DNA of 64,000 nucleotides from Neoechinorhynchus agilis (Eukaryota; Animalia; Acanthocephala): contig CM121343.1 in NCBI GenBank assembly GCA_051530055.1, positions 4,496,389 through 4,560,388 of the forward strand, in the 5' to 3' direction. The notes beneath the pieces were generated by a model, which was not told the DNA's origin, made no database searches, and saw only the letters and a program-made list of their open reading frames with translations. The position numbers and the translations under genes are program-made. Position 1 is the stretch's first letter. Each line of letters opens with the position of its first letter. Of the stretch, positions 38,101 through 50,216 are shown piece by piece.

Positions 38101-41100
38101 AATGATTTTGACAAGCGTGAAACCTATAAAACAAATCATTTCGGGCCTCTTTCAAGTATATCTCCTGCGATCGTCGTCGGTGATCATCTTCGCGAGTTGC
38201 TCTTCTATTCCGACTTGAAGGTTGCCGGCACAAATGGAGGGCGGGGATTGAGAATAAAGGAAATCGCGTTTGGGTTTGCCACTTCAGACGACGAAAAGGC
38301 GGTTCTTGGCAGACTTTCTCCAAGTGGACTTCTTTATCTTCTGGCGGTGAAAACACTTGAAAGTTGTAGGTTTGTGTGGTTTCATTAATTAAGCATTCTA
38401 CAACCATAGGTCATTTAGAGTCACCTACAAGCTTCGTCGTGATGATCCGACTAAAACTGAGAATCCATTCGAGAAAATGTTCGAATATTTGGAAGACCCT
38501 TACATACAAAGCGACAAATCAAATATCTGGATCTGCATCAAGAAAATAGCTGAGCTGTGCTTTAACTCTTATGTAACAAGCATGAAAATGGTACAACTGG
38601 ATGCTGATTGTGAGATTCGCATTCTACAATTGTCATATATATTGCTCCATAGAACGTGTCATTTTTATTTTGAACTATCTAAACTTTCCGTTCAATTACT
38701 CAATGCACTGTTAAATAAAACAAATTTTCCAATTATTATTTGGAATTACAAATTCCTTGAAGGATTTATGGACTATTTTCAGCTATCTTCATTGTCTGCG
38801 CCGCTGAACACGATTAATGACAAGAACGTTAAATTGTTTCAAGATCGAGTGCTTTCAAACTTTGTCTCAATAGTTGCACAACCGTCCGAGAAGCACAGAA
38901 GCTTACTAAATGCGGTTGTCACAATGGCAATGGATCATCCAAGTGAGCGAGCTATACAATTAAAAGAACTGAGTAATCTATGGGATCGTATAATATCTGA
39001 AGCTACCTCCTATGCTCCGCTGATGACTAAATCACACATACAGAACTATTTGTTTCGGACTTCAAGCGTAAAAAATAGAATCGGTGATGTGGAGCAATTT
39101 CATTCTCATCCGGCTTTAATGATCGCAGTAAATATAATAAGTGGAGGTAATAAAAACAATATGCTGGAAGCACCAATCACTGAAGGCCATTCTCATCACC
39201 TGAGGACTACGGGATCACTTGTTCACAATGAGTTTTTTCCAGTTCTACTCTCAAAATCCTACAGCATCGGATATATCCATGGAATGGATTTCGTTCCGGT
39301 GAATGACCTTCTAAACGAATTGGAAAATCAGATTCGTTTCCATATGAGCGGCGTTAATGAAATCATACAAAGTTTCACTTCACCAACAGCGAACGTAATT
39401 GTGGATTGTATACAAACGACCTCGATTACTATGAAAACAAACAACAAAGAATCCAATGGAGAACCTTTCCCAGCCAGCATAAACACCATTCTTTTCAGAA
39501 TTAGTGCTTTGCTCGTATACCACAAAGGTCAGCAAAGTGTAAATCCCCGTTTTTTTTATAAAAATGAGATACTGGTGATTATTTAGGTGTTCGATCAGAT
39601 GCTGTTTGTGAGAAAAGGCTGCTAAATATGATTGCTTGGATTCCAGGTCTTATTCTCACAAAAGAAGCAGTATTAGCTGCGGTTGAGTGTTGGACGTGGC
39701 TCTTGTCCGCTCGTCCGGATTTATCGCTATCATTATTAGAAAAAATCAACGACTCTTGGAAAAATACTGTGCAGACTCAGAGAGGCATTTTCTCACATGA
39801 AGTCTTGGCGGAAAATCAAGCTTCGTTTGATGGTCCACTTTGTTCTGGCCCACCTAAATTGGACAATCGATCGAATCAGGAAAAGAATGGGCTTTCATCC
39901 TGCACGTTCACCGACTTGGTAATGCCACATTTGATTTGGCTTACTTTTATTGACGAGCAAGTTAAACTGTCACTGCTCGGAAATCCACAAACCTTTCATA
40001 TGTTTGTGGATATGTTGCATCACTCATTGGGGATTCATCACACCGGCGAAAGGAGAGCATACTCTACCGATAGTACCGCTTTAAGTTTTAAAAGTGATTC
40101 AGTGCCCACGATTTCCACCAACATTGCGGCTGTTGGACCCTTGTTTAAACTCCTTTTGATTGTGATGCGCTGTGTTCAACATGGAGTAAATGAGAGCAAT
40201 AGAAGCAATCAACTAAGTGCTCTTAAAGAGCGGGTAATTGCAACAATAACAAGATACTTTTCTGGACCACCTCAATTTCCAATGAAAGACATGATAAGCA
40301 TGCTAGATGATATCGAAACCTTGTCAGCTCTTTTCAGCTTCTTAAAATCAGAACAGCCCGTCGAAGAATTTTCAACCGATTCGGAAGCACCGAACAGGAT
40401 GGTTAGTATGATAGGCGAGTACCATGGCGGACCAATCATTTCTAATATTGCATTCCGATCATTTACCGATATTTTCTACGAAACCTACATGGATAATTTT
40501 GGTTACGTCAAGTATTTGGTTAGGTTCGTGATGTCCAATAAAGAGGGAGAGTGCACATTGTCGCCAAAAAAGGATCATATGATTGATATGGATGTCGATT
40601 TAATTCGGTGACTCTTAATCTTATGTTCCATTTGGATTAAGAGACGCCGCTTTAGGAAGTTTTAAGAATATATTGAATCGAAATAGCAGATTAGATGATC
40701 GATCATTGCAAAGGATATCGAAAAGGCCTTCAAAAAGTCTTCGATGCAGCTCACAAAGAAGCTTCGTAATTTCTGCGCAGCCACTAGCACTTACCAAGGC
40801 GTCTTCAGATATGCATTTAAACGAAAAACACGTTACCAAACCAGGGTCCTATCGATATTTCAAAAATGCAGCGAGCAGATTCAAAGTAGCGATCAGCCAT
40901 AAGCTACTAGACGATCCTGGCAATCACAACTCTGCAATAAAGCAGAAAATGCAAAGCCGGAGCACCTCCTATGAGCAAAGAGCTACGTTTTTCCGTTCTC
41001 TTAATGGTAAGAAAACCAATCTTAGTTTTTATATATCAAGTGTCTATTAGAAGGACGTCCTAAGCAAAGAATTTTATCGATAAAATTAAGTCAACGGCAT

Positions 41101-43490
41101 GACTTTATCCTTTCACTATTGGTAATGTTTTTATCTTTGATATGCAGCGTAACCCACAGCACCATTTTACTAGGCATTAGAAATAAAAAGATTTAAAAAT
41201 TGTCTCAATCCATTCATGAAAGCCGAAATAATTTCTCTCTATTCCAAATACGTTGAAAATGTGGACACTTGGACGTCTAGAAATGAACCACGTGGATCAG
41301 ACGTTGCTAATGAAAACAATTTGTTTGATCCAGCAAACGATACTAATGAAGTTTCGATCTTTAATGACACGATTATTAAATGGGTCAGAATGATCGAGCA
41401 ATTATGGGATGTGAACCCGTTGGTATGTACATGGACATATTCCAGGGTATCTTCAGAGAGAATATGGCTTACCCTTGCGCGTTTAATGCAATCGGAACCT
41501 TCGGTTTTTTTATTAGATTGTTCATATTCATTTCAGTTTGCCATTGGAACACTTGATTCGGTCCGAAGTAAACTCAACAGTGCCGATTCCCATGTCGATG
41601 GCGCGCCGGATTTTACGACAGCCGTAAAATGGTCTGGTCTCAAAAGGAATTGTCCTTATTGCGCAGGAGTTTCAAATTATAAACAACGCCTATATCCACT
41701 GATCCTTATATGGTGTTCAATAAATCCAATCGATGCATTATCGTTTCTCTTTCAATCGGGTGGATGTACAGCCGTTAACAATAAAAGTGCTTCAACATTA
41801 CGTCCTAAGGACCGTTCAAGTAAATCACCTTTATCTTCTTCTATTCAACAATCGTTAGTTACTACTTCGTATGCTCTCCATTTCACTGCTTATCATAATT
41901 CGCCTCCTGTTGCCGATGAGCATTATTTATCCAAATTATCAGAATCAAGCTACCCGTTATTAAATCCAATACTCACGCAGTACGCTTGCCGATGTCTGAT
42001 GAGATATAATGCTGACATCCTAATAACATATATTCCTCAATTCATTCAAGCTTCCCGTTACGATATGCTGGGTATTGTGGAAATGCTCATTTGCCATTTA
42101 GCTGCCAAATCGAATCTGTTGGCCCATCAGCTTCTTTGGGATATGAAAACTAACTGTTTTCTAAATGAAGAAACCCCAGACGGGCTAATGCAACCTATAA
42201 TGGAACGATTGATTGGTAGAATCACTGATAGATTCGGCATACGGGAAAACACTTTTTATAGGCGCGAAGTCACTTTTACCGATGCACTTGTTTCGGTCTC
42301 AAAAGTCTTAAAAGGCTACCGGAAAGGCGCGGATCGACAGAAAGCATGCTTCGAGAACATTAAGACAGTTGTTGTTCCTAGCGATGGATGTTGTTACCTA
42401 CCTAGTAACCCAAGTTCGATTGTCCAATCGGTCATTTATGCTTCAGCTAGCTCAATTGTTCTTTATTCGCTATCGGAGTGACTTTTAATAAAGAATCGAT
42501 GGGCATAAACCCATGCATAGCGCTGCCAAAGCACCGTTTCGATGTACTTTTATTGTTCACGATGTTCAAAAACTAGAAGTGATGGAAAAACATTGCCTTG
42601 ATTACGAAGAGTACAGGTCATTTGCTAATTTGCATTTACAAGATTCACTTGTCCGTAATAGAAGACGTGATTCAAAACAGTCCAAACCTGATCAATCATT
42701 TTACTTAAGAAAGCAAATGGTGATTTTAAAAGTCGGTGATGATGTTAGACAGGACATGTTAACTTTACAGCTTATTCGAATGTTCAAAAATATTTATGAC
42801 TCAATCGGACTTGACCTTTATTTGTATCCATACAATGTCGTATCGACTGGTCCTGGCAAAGGCGTGATTGAATGTGTTCCGGATTCACAATCAAGAGATG
42901 AAATTGGACGAAGGGTTGATGGCGACATGTTCCAGTATTTCTTAAGGAAATTTGGACCTATCAATTCTGAAGCATACCAAATTGCAAGGTCGAACTTTAT
43001 ACGCTCTATGGCCGCTTATAGTGTAGTAGTGTTTATTCTTCAAATCAAAGATCGTCATAATGGCAATATTCTAATCAATGAAACGGGTCATGTAATCCAC
43101 ATCGATTTCGGTTTCATTCTTGAAATATCACCTGGGGGGAATATAGGAATTGAGCCAGACATAAAGTTAACGAATGAAATGATGCTTATAATGGGAGGCA
43201 GTGAAGATTCCCATGCTTTTGAACAATTTAAAAAATATTCGGTGGAAGCATATCTTGCACTCAGACCCTTCAGACGCCAGATATGCAATATCGTCGCGAT
43301 GATGCTCGACACAAAATTACCCTGCTTCCTTGGTAGAGCCGTTCAACTGCTTGATTCCAGATTTCAACCAGAACTAGACGATACCAAAGCAGCAGAATAC
43401 ATGCAGAACATTATCTATAATTGTACACGGGCGTTGCGATCACAACTCTATGACTTATTTCAATATTATCAAAATCAGATTCAAATGTAA
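35154..43490 (+). CDS. PI4KA: Phosphatidylinositol 4-kinase type III alpha (STT4), about 12 exons
   Basis: YIPQFIQASRYD, LLAHQLLWDMKTN, YLPSNP, MHSAAKAPF, KVGDDVRQDMLTLQ, QIKDRHNGNIL, HIDFGFILEISPGGN and LYDLFQYYQNQI*. Most introns are 41-58 nt GT-AG; two junctions appear to need GG donors and one region has a frame break. Confidence 0.96.
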
Positions 43491-43759
43491 TGCCGCTTTC
43501 GTTAACAGCATAAACCTTTGATAATAAAAAAAATCATTATGCTAGAAACCAGAACTGGGAGTTTGAGATATGCTATTAAATCGATTTCAAAATCACTTAA
43601 AAGATACAACTTGGAATCCTTAAGGTTGAATGCGTAGTGAAAATCCAGGAAACATTGTGCCGAGTTGAAAAGCAATAATTATTTTCAATGCAATTTGGTG
43701 TACGATTTTCAAATAGACAGTGAAATTTCGACCTTTCATCAGAAATAAATCATGTCCTA

Positions 43760-45290
43760 GACTCTATCAATCAGAACCTCTGCCCTGACTCAAATTACAG
43801 CCATTGTCTCATAAACTATCGGTTCCACATACGAAACTTTTGTCAACTCGCCGATACTCCCCTTAGTTTCGTCATACGAAGTACTACAGCATCTCAATAA
43901 AATACCTCGAAATTCGTCTTCTTAATCCGAAAACCCCAACCGGGCTCTTCGCTGCATCATCCCGAACTTATAGATTCTCTTACTGTCATCATAAATCACA
44001 GCTTTTAATATGGCATCTACCCCTCATGCCTGGAAACTGCTAAAGTTATCCTCCTTCCAAAAAATGGCCATCCGATTTCCACCGAATCATCCGTATAATA
44101 TCCATTTTACCCGTTCTTTCAAAAATCATCGGAAAATGTTTTAAATCTCGCCTTCTTTCACTTCTCCACGAAAAGTTATCGCCCCTACAATTTGGCTTCC
44201 TACCCAGATTTTCTGCAACCGATGCCCTACTTTGAATTTATGACACGCTGCTACGCAACCTCGACAATAATCCCTCCCACGTCACCCGTCTCATTCAACT
44301 TAATTTATATAAAGCTTTCGACTCAGTGGACCATTCACTCCTTCTCTGGGCCTGCTCCCATTTTAGTCTCAACTTGTGGCAGATCCGCTGGCTCGAATTT
44401 TATCTTCACAATCGCAAACAATACATTCACTGCCGTTCTACCCCTTCCATGGGCCTATCCCTCACCAAAGGCGTACCTCAAGGTGTCGTACTGTCACCAC
44501 TTCTCTTTAATATTTTCCTAAACGACCTCAAACCTCTCCTATCACTCTAAACTTTTCTTATACGCCAACGATATCACCCTCATCACTCAATAACCAGCCC
44601 AACTCTCCCTCTTCTGAACCTCTAAAGAAATCACACACATAAAAGATTTCTGCACCAATCACAAACTCTGCCGCAACCCCACATTCTCCCCCGAACTTCT
44701 AAATGACATCCTACGAGTAACCTAGCTAAGAATTATTGGTATCCAATTTCAATCAAATTTGAAATGGGACTCGCACATCACTTTCTCGCTCAAACACAAC
44801 ACTTAAAATTTATGTCCTCAAACGCCTCCAGCATTTAGGAATCCCTTCCTCCGATCTCTACAAATTTTACTTCTGCTTTATCTTACCTTTCCTCACCTAC
44901 GGTTACGCCGTATGTTGCAACCCTTCCAAATCTCAATTCCGTCATCTTGAAATGTTTCACGGAGAAGAGCCTCTGAAATTTGCATAGTTGATTTTCCCCG
45001 CTCACCAAATGCCTTTATAAAATTTACAACAAATATTCAAAACGCCTATTAAACCTATCTCAACAACACTCTTAATCCTAATTCGTTTCATCCTCCCTCT
45101 ACCTCTGCTTCTTTTTCCATGCTGCCCAATCTCCTCGGATATCATTGCTCAAAATGAATCCGAAGAACGACCAACCTAGCAAAATCCGTCACCCGCTCCA
45201 AAATAAACAACCCCATTCATTGAACCTATCCTATTGATCGAGTGTTCACGACGACCGAGAGATACATGGTTTCTCTACTTTGAATAAAAA
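43760..45290 (+). mobile_element. Degenerate 3' half of a CR1/L2-type LINE (reverse transcriptase), ending in an A-rich tail
   Basis: TAKVILLPK, ISILPVLSKII, QFGF, KAFDSVDHSLL, GVPQGVVLSPLLFNIFLNDL and LYAND (YADD-derived). Frameshifts throughout; AATAAAAAA at ~45283. Confidence 0.9.
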
Positions 45291-45785
45291 ACTTGTTTTT
45301 ATTGATGTTGTGTACAATTATTGCAAGTTAATTCTACAAAATTGATTGACAAGTTCTTAGTGCGCAAAAGACACAGTGCTTTACAAATGTGGAATATCTC
45401 GCATCCATGATTCAGCATCACTCATGAAATGGTTTCGGCTTTATGTATAGCATGAAAGCTCTTGACTGTGGTTGGGTGGATGATTTTTGGCAGAAGAAGG
45501 CGACAAAACACGACTACGAAGACAAATAACATGGAACATTGGATGGAGGCTTAAAAACATAATATGCATTCATACCCGACCGACAACGAACTGGTGCTTC
45601 GTGATGTACTAGATCCCACTCATTGTCTTATGATGATGAGGGTTTTTGTGACTGGTGGCTTCGATGTGCGCCAACAGCTAGAACGCAGCACCAAATAGTT
45701 GCATAAACGTCGAAACCCGGTTCGTGTATTTGTGTCTCTTTCCCTCATACACTCTCGAAGTGAGTAGCTTTCGTGAAAGTGGCAA

Positions 45786-46358
45786 ATGATCAGTGAATCT
45801 ATCAAAACTTTGATATTTCTATTGGTCTCTTATATATTGACCGGTGTTGATTTATCAAACAAATTTGGCGATATTTCGGAATCCGATTGCAATGATCACA
45901 AGATGCTTTTCACGGATTTGTATAAGAACACCATTTCCAGTCTAGTGGATACGATTTGTATGCATAAGGCGGGAGAATGTGTTCAAGTCTGTCATCTTGG
46001 AGCCGCTCAAGCCTATCGCCTTCTACTTGCGCCTCCAACTGAACTTTCTTTAAAGGAAATCTTAGATAAGAAAAGAGAAATATTAGATTCGGAGATGTCA
46101 CCGAGCGTTATTAAAATCATCGATTCAATGATCACGGACAACGTTGATTCAGCCGAACAACTTTTACTTAACGCAAATACTTGTCTTCACTTTTATGGGC
46201 AACTACCCAATTGTCAAAAAGTGCTCAATAACCTAGTTAATAACTATAAGAAATGCTCGAAGAAATCATCAAAAAAGGCTGATAGTGAATGTACAGAATT
46301 CCTTCGCCGAGCTAATGCTGCTTTTCCGCAAATGATTGGAAGAGTGTCCGAATATTGA
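45786..46358 (+). CDS. 190-aa putative secreted protein with 8 cysteines, unknown family
   Basis: Intronless ORF with an N-terminal hydrophobic signal-like segment (LIFLLVSYILTG) and spaced cysteines. Confidence 0.7.
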   Translation: MISESIKTLIFLLVSYILTGVDLSNKFGDISESDCNDHKMLFTDLYKNTISSLVDTICMHKAGECVQVCHLGAAQAYRLLLAPPTELSLKEILDKKREILDSEMSPSVIKIIDSMITDNVDSAEQLLLNANTCLHFYGQLPNCQKVLNNLVNNYKKCSKKSSKKADSECTEFLRRANAAFPQMIGRVSEY

Positions 46359-47910
46359 TGCCAAGCACACAAAATTGATTATGTTCTCTATACATACCAA
46401 TGCGTACGAACACTTTAATCGGTTATGAAGATTGATGAAAAAATATGCGTATGTCTTAAGCAGGAGAATTCGCTTTTTTGTTTAAAATAACATAACCATT
46501 CATTCGCCTATGCTCACCGACCACACTCAGAACTTCATCAGTTCGCAAATTATTCCAACAAGATTGTACCGTCAATTCGTCAGATTGCATCTTTGTTGCT
46601 TGAGTTTCATAATACTTCTCAAGTGGAGAACACATCACTTCTATTTTATCTATCGTTGTAGTCATCGACCAGACGAATATAGACGATCCTCAAAAATCAG
46701 AAAAACGGAACTGCACTTCTAGAAATGTTTAAAATTTATTCACGGTTGTACTGTTGAGCCAGTCAGCAATTTCTCATAGACAAATATACATGAAATACGA
46801 TCAAATAGAGCACCTTTTAAAATCTGCTTTAAGGCTTTCTTCGTAAGATTTTTCACCTACGTTCTGAACTAGATGACTACACCGTTATATGATACTTTTC
46901 ATAAAGACTATTGAACCGATTACCAATCTGAAAAACGTCTTTGACAAGAGTTAAGTCTCCATTTAATCCACTCCCTTGTACATATTTTAAGTTCACAGCA
47001 ACCAAACGTGCCAGAAAATGCATTTTTCAAATTCTGAAACAAAAGTCATTTTTACGGTAGAGGTAATGATGCACAGAGTACCCATTGTTGAGAACGTTCA
47101 GCGTAATGTTCTCCTGCTTTTAGAACGCGAAATACTATAAAGGATGTGTTAAACGTTTGGTCGAATTCTATGCCAAGGCTGGTAACTTCGATAGCCAGGT
47201 TATTAGAATTAAATTACTCTCTACACGAGATAATGGTCATCCGTTGCCGTGGTCAGTCTCAAAAGTTTTATCTCGTGAGCTTTAATAACTTCGAATGAAA
47301 CCTAGTAATAGGGTTCTATTCATAAATTTTATCTCTTATTACTAATTACTTAGGTGACAACGAAAAAATCAACCCGATATGTTGAATTACCAAAATACCG
47401 TAGTTTAAAATTGAAGAAATGATCCATAGATTATTGGAAATGTCAGAAACGTTGTCTAAATGTTTTAATGATTAAATACAAGGGCAAACTTCTTTGTGGA
47501 AACTAGCACATCAAACTTAGGAGTTCTTAAAATCTAGTAACTGCAACATCGTTCCATGTACAACTGTAGCATTTGTAACTTTCTAATTGGCACTGTATAT
47601 CAACGATTTTGTTGCATGCAGCGGCATAGAAAATAATAAAAGCAAATTATGCGAGTTGAGCAACACAAACTTCTAAAACCCGAGCGAATTTCGAATATGC
47701 ACTTCTGGAGCGGTCTTAAAAATAGCTTGCAATCTTTCCGAAGCTTACTTGGGCCGAAGAAAAAGGAAAATTTACACATTTAATTTTTTTCAAATTATAT
47801 GATCTAAATATGCGTATGGGTTACTATGGTTACTTTAGTTCTATTAGGAAGGTAAATATGAATGTCGTATTACCCTTCTTCACCTATCATCGTCCAGCAA
47901 ATACATCGCG

Positions 47911-49230
47911 ATGCCAGAGTACATTCAAATACAGGTTGGTGGATACGGAGCGAACATTGGTGCATATTGTTGGGGACTATATTGTCTCGAGCACGGCTTA
48001 AATTACGAAGGTCGGAGTTTATCAGGTCCTCCATCGGCATCCATCCATTCATTCTTCAACGAAATTGAACCATGTGTATACAAACCAAGATCTATCTTCG
48101 TTGATACAAATGCAAACGATACTATGAGAATTCAAAGCAAAGGCCATTTGAGGAAAATGTTCGAAGGTCAATTCGTTCAAACATTGTCGGACTTGGAGTG
48201 TACATCTTACGGTGATTTTGTATATGATTCAAAGCGAGATGTCTATGCAGATTCCTCGGATGTCATTCGAGCTGAGGTTGAAAGAACCGATCAACTAGCA
48301 GGATTCATCATTATCAATTCCGCGAAGGCCATGTCGGGATCTGTGTTAAGCCAGCAAATACTAACAGGTCTTGCTGACAAATACCATCGTAAGACGAAAA
48401 TTTCGTTTACAGATTTTCCAGCCATTGGAAAGGAAGCACTTGCTGTATACAATGCAGTATTGTACCAAGCCAACACCGCTGAATTAACTGATTGTACCTT
48501 TTGCTTGGATTTTGATTCAATCGGAGCATGGTATAAGGATCGATATTCAAAAGAAAACGCAACTTTTCAAGACGGTTGTAAACTTATTTCCCAGGCAATC
48601 AGTGGAGTCACAATGTTCGATAGGCTGTCTAAATCTCGAACCGGCGGATTATGTCAAATGATATCGAACCTACAAATGACAAGAAAACTTCATTTTCCCA
48701 TTATGTTCTTCAGTACTGAGATTGACAGAAAAATATCCACATGGGAACTAACGCGAAAGGTTTTCAGACCGGCATCTTGCCTATTGACCATTGATACCCG
48801 TGAAGGAAGTTTCATGGGTTGCAATTTCAATTACAGAGGAATTGCAAGTAGAAGAAGTATACATGACGATCTTAAGAGGATACGAGCGATTGAGCCATAC
48901 AAAAGTTATGTCGAGGACGCAGTGATAAATCTTGACTATTTGGCAGATAAGCCAGTGCGTCATGGAAAGGGAGGCTTGGACTGTATGGATTGTTCACTTC
49001 TCCTGGCTTGTCACACTACAGGAGTTAGGCAACTTTGGGAAAGAATTGCAATCCGAACTTCAGTTCTCCACAGCAAAGCAATGTTATTGCATCATTTCGA
49101 TGTCGATTATAGTATCCTAATTTCAGAAGCAGCAAACATGATCGTGGATTTGGCTTCAGAATATCAAAGAATGGAACCTATTCAAACAAGCAAGGTTTCT
49201 CGTACGGAGGGGAAGAAGGTCCCGGTATGA
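47911..49230 (+). CDS. Highly divergent alpha-tubulin-like protein, intronless, 439 aa
   Basis: IQIQVGGYGANIGAYCWGLYCLEHG, PRSIFVD, VYNAVL, TDCTFCLD, LHFP and YRG are collinear with alpha-tubulin. The GGGTGSG motif and the acidic tail are missing. Confidence 0.88.
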   Translation: MPEYIQIQVGGYGANIGAYCWGLYCLEHGLNYEGRSLSGPPSASIHSFFNEIEPCVYKPRSIFVDTNANDTMRIQSKGHLRKMFEGQFVQTLSDLECTSYGDFVYDSKRDVYADSSDVIRAEVERTDQLAGFIIINSAKAMSGSVLSQQILTGLADKYHRKTKISFTDFPAIGKEALAVYNAVLYQANTAELTDCTFCLDFDSIGAWYKDRYSKENATFQDGCKLISQAISGVTMFDRLSKSRTGGLCQMISNLQMTRKLHFPIMFFSTEIDRKISTWELTRKVFRPASCLLTIDTREGSFMGCNFNYRGIASRRSIHDDLKRIRAIEPYKSYVEDAVINLDYLADKPVRHGKGGLDCMDCSLLLACHTTGVRQLWERIAIRTSVLHSKAMLLHHFDVDYSILISEAANMIVDLASEYQRMEPIQTSKVSRTEGKKVPV

Positions 49231-50216
49231 TTTAGGCGACAAAGTATTTTGGAAAGCTTTAATTAATTTTATTATCAATAAAATTGAATGAAATCGGCGA
49301 TTCAAGCAAGGGGTATGATTCCTTCATTCGCATGCTTTGCAGCAGAAGTCTTGTTCGCGCTCCATATTCATAGAGGTGCAATAAACGACCACGGTGATTA
49401 ATAAGATAACTAATGGAATCGCATTCGCATTCACAAATAAGGTTTAATCAGCGAAATCGATGATCACTTTTGGCAAAATAAGCGAAAAAATTCGATTTTC
49501 AATTAAAATAAATTTTTATGGGCATTCTAAGGATAATATTCTGCAATTGTTAAGGAGCAGGTAAAGGCCAAGCCAAGTACGATTTTTATAAGAGCAATCA
49601 TGTAGAAGACGCTTCCATACCCTTAAAATCAGAACGATTTGTACGACACGTAGGAAGGTTATGATCGGCCGTAGTTCGCTCAAACGCTTGCAGTATTGTG
49701 AAAGTGCTACAATCCAAAAGGAGAAAAATAAAATCCTGGAATTTGTCTAAGTTTAGGATTAAGCATAGATTTTGTAAGTATAATTAGCATTAAGTTTATA
49801 ATACTAAAAGTCGTTGATATTTACTATAAAACCAGTAAAAGTTCTTTAGGACCGTAGTTATAATAAACGTTACTCGAGTGATTGGGAATCATAATAATAA
49901 TGGATGATGAAAAGCTTAGTACTAAAATGTTTTCTTTTAAAAGTTTTCGGTGTAGCTTGATTCTCACATTTAGTTTTATTTATATCGGAAATGTGGAAAA
50001 TCAAACTAACTGTTAAGGGAAATCTCTTGCAGCGAAATATGTGCTAAAATGCACACGTTGATAAAAAAAACTCACATTTAGAGAAGATGAAAAACAAAAA
50101 CCGCAGCCTATATGAGGTACGATTGGGTTTTGAACACAAACACTCATTCATAGAAGAAATCTTTGATCATAGTACACATTACCTCGAATGAAATTCATAT
50201 AATCGTTTGGAAATTG

